Positions 1-9,475 are shown, counted from the stretch's first letter. The stretch is 64,000 nt of DNA from Cyanobacteriota bacterium (GCA_046342315.1 JBKDPV010000025.1:1227-65226); one strand, 5' to 3'. Numbers and translations are program-made. The notes: generated by a model not told the origin, from the letters alone.

Positions 1-1082
1 CGGCCTGGGCCCTGCTGCTGGGATACGGCGCCTCCATGCTCGCCTGTCTGGTGTTCTTCGGCTCCTACCTCAACCACCTGATCGGCATGGTGGGCTGGCC
101 CAACGTGCCTCTGCTGGGCTACGCGCTCGGCGGCCTCACCTGCCTGGAACTGGCTCGCCGCGACGTGGAGTTCTCCACCCGCACCATGCTCGCCACCGAG
201 GCGATCTCGGTGCTGATCGTGCTGGGGCTGTGTGTGCTGGTGCTCGGCCATGGCGGCTCCCGGGCCGATCTGGCGGCCCTTGATCCGGTGGGGGACAGCG
301 CCGCCCCGATCCGCTCGGGCCTGATGGTGGCGGTGCTGAGCTTCATCGGCTTCGAGAGCGCCGCCACCCTCGGCGGCGAGACCCGCGATCCCAGCCGGGT
401 GGTGCCGCGGGCGATGCGGATCGGTGTCGCCCTGGCCGGTGCTCTGTTCCTGGTCTGGGCGGTGGTGCTCACCGAGGGACTGGGCTGGCTGACGGCGGCC
501 GAGCGCGCCAGCCTCGACCCGATCGCCCTGCTGGCCGATCGCCTCGGCCAACAGGGTGCCGGCACCTGGATCAAGGCCGGGGCGTTCCTCTGCCTGTTCG
601 GCAGCACCCTTGGCAGCCTCACGGCCCTCGGCCGCATCGGCTTCCATCTGGCCCGGTGCGGGGTGCTGCCCCCCGGACTGGGGGTGGTGCACCCTCGCTT
701 CGGCACACCGGCCCGGGCCCTGCTCTGCTGCACCATTCCTCTGCTGCTGATCGGCGGCACCTTCGAGCTGCTCGGACGAACCCCTGACCAGCTCTTCGCC
801 GCCCTTGGCGGTTTCGCGGTCCTTGCGTTCCTGCTGGTGTACGGGCTGGTAGCGATCGCAGCCCTGCAAACACCCCTGCCCGGATCCGGCCGCGGGCGGC
901 GGCGGGGGGTGGCGTCGGCCAGCCTGGTGGCGGTGAGCGCGGTGGCGATCGCTTACACCGCCAGCGAGCTGGGTCATCAGGATCTGATGCTGCTCAGCTT
1001 CCTGGGGTTCATGCTGGCGGGACTGCTGCTGGTGGCCCGGGCCCGCCGCGGCAACCCTGATCCGCCGCCGACCGCAGCTTGA
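1..1082 (+). CDS. APC-superfamily amino acid permease (5' end outside window)
   Basis: Frame is open back to the window edge; multiple hydrophobic helices; motifs SFIGFESAATLGGETRDP and VHPRFGTP typical of APC permeases. Confidence 0.85.
   Translation, partial: AWALLLGYGASMLACLVFFGSYLNHLIGMVGWPNVPLLGYALGGLTCLELARRDVEFSTRTMLATEAISVLIVLGLCVLVLGHGGSRADLAALDPVGDSAAPIRSGLMVAVLSFIGFESAATLGGETRDPSRVVPRAMRIGVALAGALFLVWAVVLTEGLGWLTAAERASLDPIALLADRLGQQGAGTWIKAGAFLCLFGSTLGSLTALGRIGFHLARCGVLPPGLGVVHPRFGTPARALLCCTIPLLLIGGTFELLGRTPDQLFAALGGFAVLAFLLVYGLVAIAALQTPLPGSGRGRRRGVASASLVAVSAVAIAYTASELGHQDLMLLSFLGFMLAGLLLVARARRGNPDPPPTAA
852..859. repeat. HIP1 octamer GCGATCGC (example; further copies at 945-952, 1711-1718 and elsewhere)
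   Basis: Exact palindrome read from the sequence; HIP1 is the known over-represented cyanobacterial octamer. Copies were not counted exhaustively. Confidence 0.7.
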
Positions 1083-1106
1083 GCCCTCCTTTGAGCCTTC
1101 AGGGAA

Positions 1107-1397
1107 TCAGCCCAGCTGCTGCTCCTCCCCCAGGGGCGTGAGCCGGGGGTTGACCAGCACGGTTTCGGGGATCGGTGGCGCCTCGGGGTAGCGGGGATTG
1201 GCCGTGATGCCATAGATCACCACCCTCAGGGGCACGCCGATCTGGGGGTCCGCGAGGCCGGCGCCGCCTGTGGCCGCCATCGTGTCGCGCAGGTCGGCCA
1301 CCAGGGCCTGGAGCTCCGGGGTGTCGAAGCGCTCCACCGGCGCCGAGGGCAGGCGCAGGCGGGGATCGCCGAGTCGCAGCACCGGACGGATGGCCAT
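1107..1397 (-). pseudogene. def: Truncated peptide deformylase
   Basis: MAIRPVLRLGDPRL start; motif 1 reads GAGLADPQIG (normally GxGLAAPQIG); TGA at 1107-1109 sits where the W of GWEGCLS is expected; no EGCLS or HExDH motif follows before the convergent permease gene. Confidence 0.8.
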
Positions 1398-1497
1398 GGG
1401 TGGCAGCGGCTGGGGGGAATTCTGGGGGCGCAAAGGCCCCTGGTTGACGGCGCCGGTCCACGGCGTGGACCAGAATCCGACTCAATCACCTGCGGGC

Positions 1498-2580
1498 ATG
1501 ACTTTCCTCATCAGCGCCGTTCTGATTCTTGTCGGCATCGGCCTGCTCTTCGCTGGCGGCGAGCTGTTCGTGGCCGGCTCCGTGGCCCTGGCCCTGCTGC
1601 TCGGCATCCCCCAGATCGTGATCGGCCTCACGGTGGTGTCCCTGGGAACCAGCGCCCCCGAACTCTTCGTGAGCCTGCTCTCAACCCTGCAGGGAAGTGC
1701 CGGCGGCGATGCGATCGCCATGAGCAACATCGTGGGCAGCAACATCTTCAACGTGATGATCGTGCTCGGCATGAGCGCGCTGGTGGTGCCGCTGCGGGTG
1801 AAGAGCCGGCTGGTGAAGCGTGATGTGCCCCTGCTGCTCGGCGTGTCGATGGCGGTGTGGGGCATGGCCTCCGGCGGTCGCGTCACCTGGCAGGCCGGGG
1901 TCGCGCTGCTCACCGCCACGGTGATGAACGTGATCTGGGAGATGCGCACGGCCGGCGAGAACCCCGACGAGAGCGAGGACCTGGACGAGGGCGACGCGGC
2001 CACCCCACCGATCGCGGCCCTCAAGCTCGCCGGCGGCCTCGTCCTGCTGGTGGTGGGTTCACAGATGCTGGTGAAGGGCGCCATCGCCGCCGCCCAGATG
2101 CTCGGGGTGAGCGAAACCGTGATCGGCCTCACGATCGTGGCCGCCGGTACTTCCATGCCCGAGCTGGTGACCTCGCTGGTGGCCGCGTACCGCGGCAAGG
2201 CCGATCTGGCGATCGGCAACGTGGTGGGCAGCAACCTGCTCAACCAGCTGGTGATCCTCGGCCTCTGCGCCACCGTGTCCGGCCCCCGCGGGCTCAGCGT
2301 GGATCCGGTGTTGATCAGCCGCGACCTGCCGATCATGGTGCTCACCACCATCGCCTGCCTGCCGATCTTCTGGACCGGCGGGGTGATCTCCCGGCTTGAA
2401 GGCGGCATTCTCGTGGGCCTCTACGTGCTCTATCTGGGCGAGCAACTGCTGCTCACCTCTGCCTCCACCTGGACCGACGAGTATCGGCTTGTGATCCTGG
2501 CCGGAGCCCTGCCGCTGCTCCTGAGTTTCCTGGTGTGGCAGACCGTGCGTTGGCGCCGACTGAGGAGAGTTGCGCCATAA
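1498..2580 (+). CDS. Calcium/sodium antiporter (CaCA, YrbG-like)
   Basis: Two alpha repeats GTSAPEL and GTSMPEL, each followed by a GN/SNxxGSN motif; about 10 TM helices; ATG at 1498. Confidence 0.9.
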   Translation: MTFLISAVLILVGIGLLFAGGELFVAGSVALALLLGIPQIVIGLTVVSLGTSAPELFVSLLSTLQGSAGGDAIAMSNIVGSNIFNVMIVLGMSALVVPLRVKSRLVKRDVPLLLGVSMAVWGMASGGRVTWQAGVALLTATVMNVIWEMRTAGENPDESEDLDEGDAATPPIAALKLAGGLVLLVVGSQMLVKGAIAAAQMLGVSETVIGLTIVAAGTSMPELVTSLVAAYRGKADLAIGNVVGSNLLNQLVILGLCATVSGPRGLSVDPVLISRDLPIMVLTTIACLPIFWTGGVISRLEGGILVGLYVLYLGEQLLLTSASTWTDEYRLVILAGALPLLLSFLVWQTVRWRRLRRVAP

Positions 2581-3517
2581 GGTGGCGGCAACGACCTCGT
2601 CCGTTCCGTTGCCAGAGCATCCGTCGCCCAGCGCCGAGGCCCGGGGTCTACGGGTGGTTGTGCTCTGCTGCGAGGGCCTCTATCAGCGCCACCTCGTCCG
2701 GCGGGCGGCCGAGGAGTTCCAGCTGGTGGGCGTGGTTCTGCAGGAGCCTCCTCCACAGGCCCGCGGCAGCCTGCGCTCCCGCCTGGGGCGCTACCGCCGG
2801 CCCCGCACCCTGCTCCGCTACCTGGCGGCCCGGCTGTTCCTGCCGCGGAGGGAGCGCCGTGCCGAGGCCCTGCGCCAGCGGCTCTTCCCCTCCCACGACT
2901 CCTCCCCGTTCCCGCCCGCCGGCGCCCCCCTGCTGCGCACCAGCGCGATCAATGCTCCGGAGGTGGTGGCCTTCCTCCGCAACCTCCGCCCCGAGCTGGT
3001 ACTGGTGAACGGTACCCAGCTGCTGCGGGCTCCGGTTCTTGAGCTGCTGCCCACGATCCGCCTGGGGATCGTCAACCTCCACACCGGCCTCTCGCCCTAC
3101 TCCCGCGGCGCCAACTGCAACCTCTACATGGTGCTGGAGGGCCACCCCGAGCTCGTGGGGGTGACCGTGCACCACATCGACGCCGGCATCGACAGCGGCG
3201 ACATCATCCTTTCGGCCCAGGTGCCGCCCGAGCCCGACGACGACTTCGAGACCCTCGACCTGCGCACCTTCCACGTCGGCATCGAACGGCTGATCGAAGC
3301 CGCCCATCTCCTCGCCCAGGGCCGGGCGCAGCGCGTGCCCCAGTGGGAGACGGGCAAGCTGTTCCTGCGCCGCACCGGCTACGACTACGAGCTCTGGCAG
3401 CGGCTCGCCGCCAGCCGCCGCATGGAGGCGGGCCTGGTGCGGGACTACCTGGCCGACCGAGCACGCCGTGATGCGGCCGTGCGGGTGGTGGGACCCGCTG
3501 GGGGGAGCGCGGCATGA
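2570..3517 (+). CDS. Formyltransferase (10-formyl-THF-dependent, Fmt/PurN fold); start uncertain
   Basis: VNLHTGLSPYSRG (catalytic N-x-H) and GVTVHHIDAGIDSGDII (catalytic D region). Confidence 0.8.
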   Translation: MRHKVAATTSSVPLPEHPSPSAEARGLRVVVLCCEGLYQRHLVRRAAEEFQLVGVVLQEPPPQARGSLRSRLGRYRRPRTLLRYLAARLFLPRRERRAEALRQRLFPSHDSSPFPPAGAPLLRTSAINAPEVVAFLRNLRPELVLVNGTQLLRAPVLELLPTIRLGIVNLHTGLSPYSRGANCNLYMVLEGHPELVGVTVHHIDAGIDSGDIILSAQVPPEPDDDFETLDLRTFHVGIERLIEAAHLLAQGRAQRVPQWETGKLFLRRTGYDYELWQRLAASRRMEAGLVRDYLADRARRDAAVRVVGPAGGSAA

Positions 3518-4509
3518 GCGGCGGCCTGAGGCGTCAGCTGGGGCGGTTGGGGAACCGCAGCCTCGATCTGCTGTTCCTGCCTCCCTTCGATCCGCTCTGG
3601 CGTCGGCAGTGCTCCGGCCGCATCCACTGTCTGCTCTACCACCGGGTGGATGAACCGGGACGGGCGCCGGTGCTCGATCGCTTCGGGGTGCCGCCGATCC
3701 CCCCCGCCGCCCTGGAGGCGGAACTCGACTTTCTCCGGCGTCAGGGTGCCTTGTTCCTCACCTTCGCTGATCTGCTGGCGGGCACCTTCCCGGCGCCGCA
3801 TCAACTGGGGGTGATCGTCTGCTTCGACGATGGCCTGCGCGACAACTACACCCACGGCCTGGGGGTGCTGGAGCGCCTGGGCATCCCCGCCACTTTCTTC
3901 CAGTCCACTGCCCTGATCGATGCCGACCGGCCGATCTGGGAGCACCTTCTCTACTGGCATGGGGCCGAGCCCCGGCGGGCCGCCGCCCTGGCCGCGGCGG
4001 CGCGGCGCCGCCTGCCGGCCGCGGCGGCGGTGCCGGAGGCGGAGATGGTGGTTTTTCTGCGGGAGTGCTGCGCCTGGGCGGAGCTTGAACCGCTGCTCGC
4101 GCACCTGGGGGAAGCGGAGGCCGCCGCCGCCGAACTCTGCCCCCACTACCCCACGGCCGCAGATGTGCGGCGCGCCCATGGCGGCGGTCACGAGATCGGC
4201 AGCCACGGCCACCAGCACCTTCCCCGACGGGCGATCGACGCCGCCGGCTTCGAGCGGGAGCTGGTGCGCTCCCTCGACACGCTGCAGATCGTCCTGGGGA
4301 CCCGGCCCACCTCGTTTTCCTATCCCTTCGACAGCCGCCTGCCCGGCGATGCCGAGATCTGCGCCCGCCACGTCCGTCAGGTGGCCACGGTGGCGGGCCA
4401 GCCGATCACCCGGGCCAGTTCCTCCCTGGCGCTTCCCCGTTTCACCTGGCCGGGCCCGCACCGCTCCCCGCTGCACTGCCGTCGCTGGCTCTGGCGGGGC
4501 CGTCTCTGA
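3514..4509 (+). CDS. Polysaccharide deacetylase (NodB / CE4 family)
   Basis: Motifs LLYHRV, CFDDG, HEIGSHGHQH and FSYPF; ATGA overlap with the formyltransferase stop. Confidence 0.85.
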   Translation: MSGGLRRQLGRLGNRSLDLLFLPPFDPLWRRQCSGRIHCLLYHRVDEPGRAPVLDRFGVPPIPPAALEAELDFLRRQGALFLTFADLLAGTFPAPHQLGVIVCFDDGLRDNYTHGLGVLERLGIPATFFQSTALIDADRPIWEHLLYWHGAEPRRAAALAAAARRRLPAAAAVPEAEMVVFLRECCAWAELEPLLAHLGEAEAAAAELCPHYPTAADVRRAHGGGHEIGSHGHQHLPRRAIDAAGFERELVRSLDTLQIVLGTRPTSFSYPFDSRLPGDAEICARHVRQVATVAGQPITRASSSLALPRFTWPGPHRSPLHCRRWLWRGRL

Positions 4510-4586
4510 CGGGAATCCAGCCCTCCGGCTGATCCGCCCAGCCCGATAGGGTTGCTCGGTTGCGCTGCGCCGGGTCTTTCTTCACC

Positions 4587-5261
4587 GTGATCGAACTTCC
4601 CTTCCTTCACGGCGGTGTCGACCCCGATGCTCTCGGCGAACTCCTGCGGCGCTGGGGCTACGGCCTGATCTTCCTGGCGATGCTGCTGGAGAACGCCGGC
4701 CTGCCGATCCCGGGCGAGACGGTGACGCTGCTGGGGGGCTATGCCGCCGGGAGCGGTCAGCTCGGCCTGGCCGGGGTGATGGGTGCCGCGGCGGGCGGAG
4801 CGATGCTCGGCGACAACCTCGGCTACTGGGTGGGGCGCCGAGCCGGCTGGGGGTTGATCCTGCGGGTGGGTGGGCTGCTGCGCCAGTCACCCGACCAGCT
4901 GGAGAGGCTGCGCGCCCGTTTCCTGCGCCATGCCGGCACCTCGGTGCTGCTCGGCCGCTTCGTGGCCGTGCTGCGGGTGATCGCCGGCCCGATGGCCGGG
5001 GCCGTGGGGATGCCCTGGCCACGCTTCGCCTTCTTCAATGCCGCGGGTGCCGTGCTCTGGGCCGGCACCATGGTGAGCCTGGCCTGGGTGGGCGGGCGCT
5101 GGATCCCCTTCGATCGGATGGTGAAGGGGGTGGTGGAGTTCGGCCTGGGCGCCCTGCTGCTGGTGGTGGTGCTGCTGGTGTTGCCCCGACTGCTGTCCCG
5201 AGCGGAAGAGCGGTTCGAGCGGGAGCCGGCGATCCCCGATGAGGGCTCCCTGCATCCCTGA
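4587..5261 (+). CDS. DedA family membrane protein
   Basis: ENAGLPIPGETV, GDNLGYWVGR and GRFVAVLR DedA motifs; GTG start at 4587 assumed. Confidence 0.88.
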   Translation: MIELPFLHGGVDPDALGELLRRWGYGLIFLAMLLENAGLPIPGETVTLLGGYAAGSGQLGLAGVMGAAAGGAMLGDNLGYWVGRRAGWGLILRVGGLLRQSPDQLERLRARFLRHAGTSVLLGRFVAVLRVIAGPMAGAVGMPWPRFAFFNAAGAVLWAGTMVSLAWVGGRWIPFDRMVKGVVEFGLGALLLVVVLLVLPRLLSRAEERFEREPAIPDEGSLHP

Positions 5262-5308
5262 GAGCGGCCTTGAGGGATGGGGAGGGACGCCCCCGCCCGG
5301 CCAGCTCG

Positions 5309-5689
5309 TCAGAAGGCCTGCAGCCGCCGGTGCAGTTCGCTGTACAAGCGCCAGGTGGCCTGCGGATCCCGGCCCGACACCCCCAGGGCGCCGGTCTCGT
5401 CGGTGGGCACGCACTTCACGGAGGCGCTGAGATCCAGCCGGGGATGGTGGGCATCCCAGCCATCCTGAATCCCTCTCCCGCGGGCATCGGTGAAGGTGAC
5501 CGGTGTGATGCGCCCCGTCAGGCCAGCATCCTCGAGCATCCGCCGCATGTCCCGCAGGCATTCCTCCCGGGAGGTGCTCACCACGAAGGTGTCCAGGTAG
5601 AGCACCGGCCCCGCCGTGCCCGCACCGGGCACCGCCAGCAGCAGGGCGAGGGCCAGCAGGGCTCGGTGCGGGCGAACGACCGGTGGCAT
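5309..5689 (-). CDS. Secreted hypothetical protein
   Basis: Basic N-terminus plus hydrophobic ALLALALLLAVPGAGTA signal-like segment; two Cys; starts 5 nt after the SLC13 stop. Confidence 0.6.
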   Translation of the reverse strand: MPPVVRPHRALLALALLLAVPGAGTAGPVLYLDTFVVSTSREECLRDMRRMLEDAGLTGRITPVTFTDARGRGIQDGWDAHHPRLDLSASVKCVPTDETGALGVSGRDPQATWRLYSELHRRLQAF

Positions 5690-5693
5690 CGGC

Positions 5694-7514
5694 TCAGAGA
5701 CCGAAACGCCGGCAGATCAGCCAGGGCACCACTACCGCCAGCCCCAGGGTGAGCGGGGCCCCGTAGCGGGTCATGTCGAGGAAGCGGTAGCGGCCCGGGC
5801 CGAACACCATCAGGTTGGTCTGATACCCGATCGGGGTGAGGAAGCTCTGGCTGGCAGCGAACACGATCGCGAAGATGAAGGCCATCGGCGGCAGCCCCAG
5901 CCCCTTGGCCAGTTCGGTGGCGATCGGCATCAGCAGCACCACGGTGGTGCCGTTGCTGAGGGCTTCGGTGAACACCTGAGCCAGCACGAACACCACCAGC
6001 AGCACCGCGTAGGGCGGCCAGTCCTGCAGGGAGCGGAGCAGGTCGGTGGCCATCGCCTCCGCCAGGCCTGTCTTTTGCATGGCGGCGCTGAAGCACGACA
6101 GGGAGCCCAGCAGCAGGATCACGTCCCAGCGCACGGCCCGCTGCAGTTCCCCCGGCCGCAGGCAGCCGGTGGCCACCATCACGGCCACCGCCAGCAGCAC
6201 GGCCGCCATCAGGTTGATCACCTTGAACAGCGGCAGCAGGATCACCAGGGCCGCCACCACCACCGCCACCCACTTGCGATCGGTGGTGGGAAGGTCTTTC
6301 TCCAGTTCTTCCAGCAGCACCAGGTCGTTGTTCGACTGCATGCCGCGGATGGCGTCCAGCGGGGCCTGGAGCAGGAGCACATCGCCGGGCTGGAGTACCA
6401 CTCTCCCCAGCCGTTCCCGCAGCACCTGGTTGCCGCGGCGCACCGCCAGCACGGTGGCGTTGTAGCGCTGGCGGAAGCGCTGCTCGCGCATGCTCGTGCC
6501 CGCGATCGTCGACCCGTTCGGCAGCAGCACTTCCACAACCCGCTGGGGGGAACCGGGCTGGCCGGCCAGCTCGCGCAGATCGTCCTCGGTGTCGTCCACC
6601 GGAGCCAGGGTCACGGTGTGCTCCTGCTGCAGCCGCAGGAGGTTTTCACGATTGCAGCGCAGCAGCAGCCGGTCGCCGGCCTCCAGCGTCACGTCGGCCA
6701 GGGGAGCGCCGAAGCTGCGATCGCCCCGGTGCAGCTCCAGCACGTCGACATCGAAGCGGCGCTGCAGGCGGCTGTTGTGCAGCGACTGGCCGATCAGCCC
6801 CGACCCCTGAGGAATCAGAACGTCGGTGAGATACCCCTCCCGGGCCAGCCCGGCCAGCAGGTCGTCGTCGCCGCTGCCCCGGTCGGGAAGCAGCCGCTCG
6901 GAAGCCCACAGCAGGTAGAGGCTCCCCAGCAGCCAGAGGGGGATGCCGATCGAGGTGAAACTGAACAGTTCGAGCGAGCCAAAGCCCAGCTGGCGGCTCA
7001 CGTCGCTGGCCAGCAGGTTGGGGGAGGTGCCCAGCAGGGAGATCGTGCCCCCCAGCACCGTGGCAAACGAGAGGGGCAGCAGCACCTTCGAGGGCGAGAT
7101 CCGCCGCCGCTGGCACCAGCCCTCCAGCACCGGCAGCAGGGTGGCCACGATCGGTGTGTTGGGGATGAAGCCGGAGATGGGCCCCACCACCCCCACCAGC
7201 AGGGCGATCATGCGCTGGGGGGTGCGGACGGAGTCGGAGCCGATCAGGGCCCGCAGCCGGTCGAGGCCACCGCTCCGGAACAGGCCCGCCGACACGGCGA
7301 ACAGCCCCATCAGGGTGATCAGGGCGGGGCTGCCGAAACCCTGCACCGCCTCGTCGGGATCGAGCACCCGGAAGGTCACCAGCAGGGCCGCGGCCAGCAA
7401 CCCCGTCACCTCCGGAGCCAGCCAGCCCGTCACGAACAGCACGATCGAGCCGCCGAACACCGCCAGGGTGAGCAGCCCGGGAGCGGTGGCGGCCACCTGC
7501 AGAAACGCGCTCAT
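5694..7514 (-). CDS. SLC13/CitT-like transporter with two TrkA-C (RCK_C) domains
   Basis: SGFIPNTPIV, LGGTISLLGTSPNL and SFLTPIGYQTNLMV motifs; two central RCK_C repeats (GSGLIGQSL...LEAGDRLLL; GSTIAGTSM...LQPGDVLLL); ATG at 7514 overlaps the upstream stop (TGATG). Confidence 0.88.
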   Translation of the reverse strand: MSAFLQVAATAPGLLTLAVFGGSIVLFVTGWLAPEVTGLLAAALLVTFRVLDPDEAVQGFGSPALITLMGLFAVSAGLFRSGGLDRLRALIGSDSVRTPQRMIALLVGVVGPISGFIPNTPIVATLLPVLEGWCQRRRISPSKVLLPLSFATVLGGTISLLGTSPNLLASDVSRQLGFGSLELFSFTSIGIPLWLLGSLYLLWASERLLPDRGSGDDDLLAGLAREGYLTDVLIPQGSGLIGQSLHNSRLQRRFDVDVLELHRGDRSFGAPLADVTLEAGDRLLLRCNRENLLRLQQEHTVTLAPVDDTEDDLRELAGQPGSPQRVVEVLLPNGSTIAGTSMREQRFRQRYNATVLAVRRGNQVLRERLGRVVLQPGDVLLLQAPLDAIRGMQSNNDLVLLEELEKDLPTTDRKWVAVVVAALVILLPLFKVINLMAAVLLAVAVMVATGCLRPGELQRAVRWDVILLLGSLSCFSAAMQKTGLAEAMATDLLRSLQDWPPYAVLLVVFVLAQVFTEALSNGTTVVLLMPIATELAKGLGLPPMAFIFAIVFAASQSFLTPIGYQTNLMVFGPGRYRFLDMTRYGAPLTLGLAVVVPWLICRRFGL

Positions 7515-9394
7515 CAGAGGTAGAACCCCACCGTGGTCACGACCCGGGTGCCCCGCGCGCGCAGCGCCTGGCGCAGCAGGATCGTGGACTGGTTGTGCAA
7601 CAGGTTCTCCCAGCGATGCCGGGTCACGAACACCGGCAGCACGATCATGCAGAACCGCTGCCGATCCTTGTGGTGGTCGGACTCGAACTGCTTCACGAAG
7701 TTCACCACAGGTTCCACCAGCGATCGGTACGGGGACTCGAGGATCACCAGCGGCACCTCGGGCAGCTGGCGCAGCCACTGCTCCCGGAACGTGGCGGCTT
7801 TGCCGTCTCCCAGGTCCACGTGCACGGCCACGAGTTCGCTCGCCACGGAGCGGGCGAAGCAGAGCGCTTCGAAGGTGCCCCGGTGCAGCTGGCCCACCAG
7901 CACTACGGTGGCGGTGCCCCCGGCTCCCGGCGGTGGCGGCAGCATCAGCTTCACGTCAGCGGACATCCGCAGCCGCCGGGCCACGTGGTCGTAGTGGCGG
8001 CGGATGCGCAGGAACAGGCTCACCAGGATCGGGATCGCCACCACCACCACCCAGGCGCCATGCCTGAACTTGCTGATCAGCAGCACCACCATCACCACGC
8101 CGGTGATCAGGGCGCCCAGGCCGTTGATCAGGGCCTTGTGCCGCCAGGCCGGGCCCTTCAGCCGCCACCAGTGCCTCACCATGCCGGCCTGGGAGAGGGT
8201 GAAGCTGATGAACACCCCCACCGCGTAGAGCGGGATCAGGCGGCTGACGCTGCCCTGGAAGATCACCAGCAGCAGAGCGGCGAAGGCGCTCAGGGCGAAG
8301 ATGCCATTGCTGAACACCAGCCGATCACCCAGGGTGCAGAGCTGGCGGGGGAGGTAGCCGTCCTGGGCCAGGAATGCTGCCAGCCGCGGGAAATCGGCGT
8401 AGGCGGTGTTGGCGGCCAGCAGCAGGATCATCAGGGTGGCCAGCTGCAGCAGCGCCAGCAGCAGACCGTTGCCGAACACTCTCTCCCCCAGCTGGTAAAG
8501 CAGGGTGGGGCCGTTCTCCAGATACACCACGCCGCTCTGGTGGGCCAGGGCGCTGATGCCGCCGAACATCACGGCCAGCATCACCGTCATCACCACCAAC
8601 ACCCGTCGGGCGTTGCGCCATTCCACCGGCCGGAAGGCCATCACGCTGTCGCTGATCGCCTCGATGCCGGTGAGGGCGGCGCAGCCGGAGCTGAAGGCCC
8701 GCATCAGCAGCACCGGGCCGATGGCCATCATCCCGCTCTCGTTTCCCTGCTCCAGCAGCCGCTGCTGCGCCGCCAGCGGCACGGCGTCCAGCTGGCCCAG
8801 CCCGGTCTTCACGGCCCCCGCCACCAGCAGCGTCATCACCACGGCCATGAAGGCATAGGTGGGCACGCTCAGCAGCCGGGCGCTGGAACTCACCCCCCGC
8901 AGGTTGGCCACCATCACCAGCAGCACCGCCAGCAGGCACAGCGGTACCCGTTGGGCTTCCAGGTCGGGGATGTACGAGGTGAGGGCGGCGATGCCGGCGG
9001 CGATGCTCACCGCCACGGTGAGCACATAGTCGATCGAGAGCGAGGCGCCGGCCACCAGCCCGGTGAGGGGGGTGAGGTTCTCCTGCGACACCCGGTAGGA
9101 GCCGCCGCCCTTGGGATAGGCCCGGATCGTCTGGCGGTAGCTGGTGGCCACGATCACCATCAGTCCCACGATCAGGGCGGTGATCGGCAGGGAGAAGCGC
9201 AGGGCCGCCGCGCCCGCCATGCCCAGCACCAGCACGATCTCCTGGGTGGCGTAGGCCACCGAGGAGAGGGCATCGGAACTGAGGATCGCCAACGCCTCGG
9301 CGTTGCTGTAGCGCTCTTCATGGTGGGCGCTGGTGGGCAGGGGATTGCCGATCACGGCCCGGCGCAGGGCTTCCGGATCGGGAAAGCGCACCAT
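7514..9394 (-). CDS. KimA/YdaO-like APC-family K+ transporter
   Basis: ILSSDALSSVAYATQEI (K+-site Asp and Tyr region of Bacillus KimA), ALTGIEAIS (proton-coupling Glu region), and a C-terminal cytosolic domain (ESPYRSLVEP...WENLLHNQS). Confidence 0.8.
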   Translation of the reverse strand: MVRFPDPEALRRAVIGNPLPTSAHHEERYSNAEALAILSSDALSSVAYATQEIVLVLGMAGAAALRFSLPITALIVGLMVIVATSYRQTIRAYPKGGGSYRVSQENLTPLTGLVAGASLSIDYVLTVAVSIAAGIAALTSYIPDLEAQRVPLCLLAVLLVMVANLRGVSSSARLLSVPTYAFMAVVMTLLVAGAVKTGLGQLDAVPLAAQQRLLEQGNESGMMAIGPVLLMRAFSSGCAALTGIEAISDSVMAFRPVEWRNARRVLVVMTVMLAVMFGGISALAHQSGVVYLENGPTLLYQLGERVFGNGLLLALLQLATLMILLLAANTAYADFPRLAAFLAQDGYLPRQLCTLGDRLVFSNGIFALSAFAALLLVIFQGSVSRLIPLYAVGVFISFTLSQAGMVRHWWRLKGPAWRHKALINGLGALITGVVMVVLLISKFRHGAWVVVVAIPILVSLFLRIRRHYDHVARRLRMSADVKLMLPPPPGAGGTATVVLVGQLHRGTFEALCFARSVASELVAVHVDLGDGKAATFREQWLRQLPEVPLVILESPYRSLVEPVVNFVKQFESDHHKDRQRFCMIVLPVFVTRHRWENLLHNQSTILLRQALRARGTRVVTTVGFYL

Positions 9395-9475
9395 CGAAGC
9401 GGCGCAGGGTCAGGAACGAAAACCTACCCCCCCTGCTCCACTGGGCTTACCTTCGGCCCAGAACGGCCCCCCGCC

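Noticed and set aside
7595-9475. 1556-aa ORF suggesting a giant N-terminally extended P-type ATPase
   Set aside because: The first ~627 codons are the antisense shadow of the KimA-like gene (stop-poor high-GC frame); ATPase homology starts near 9476.
9395-9475. Possible c-di-AMP (ydaO) riboswitch upstream of the KimA-like gene or Mn2+ (yybP-ykoY) riboswitch upstream of the ATPase
   Set aside because: The intergenic region is only about 80 bp and neither consensus is recognisable; only a 6-bp CTGGGC/GCCCAG inverted repeat is present.
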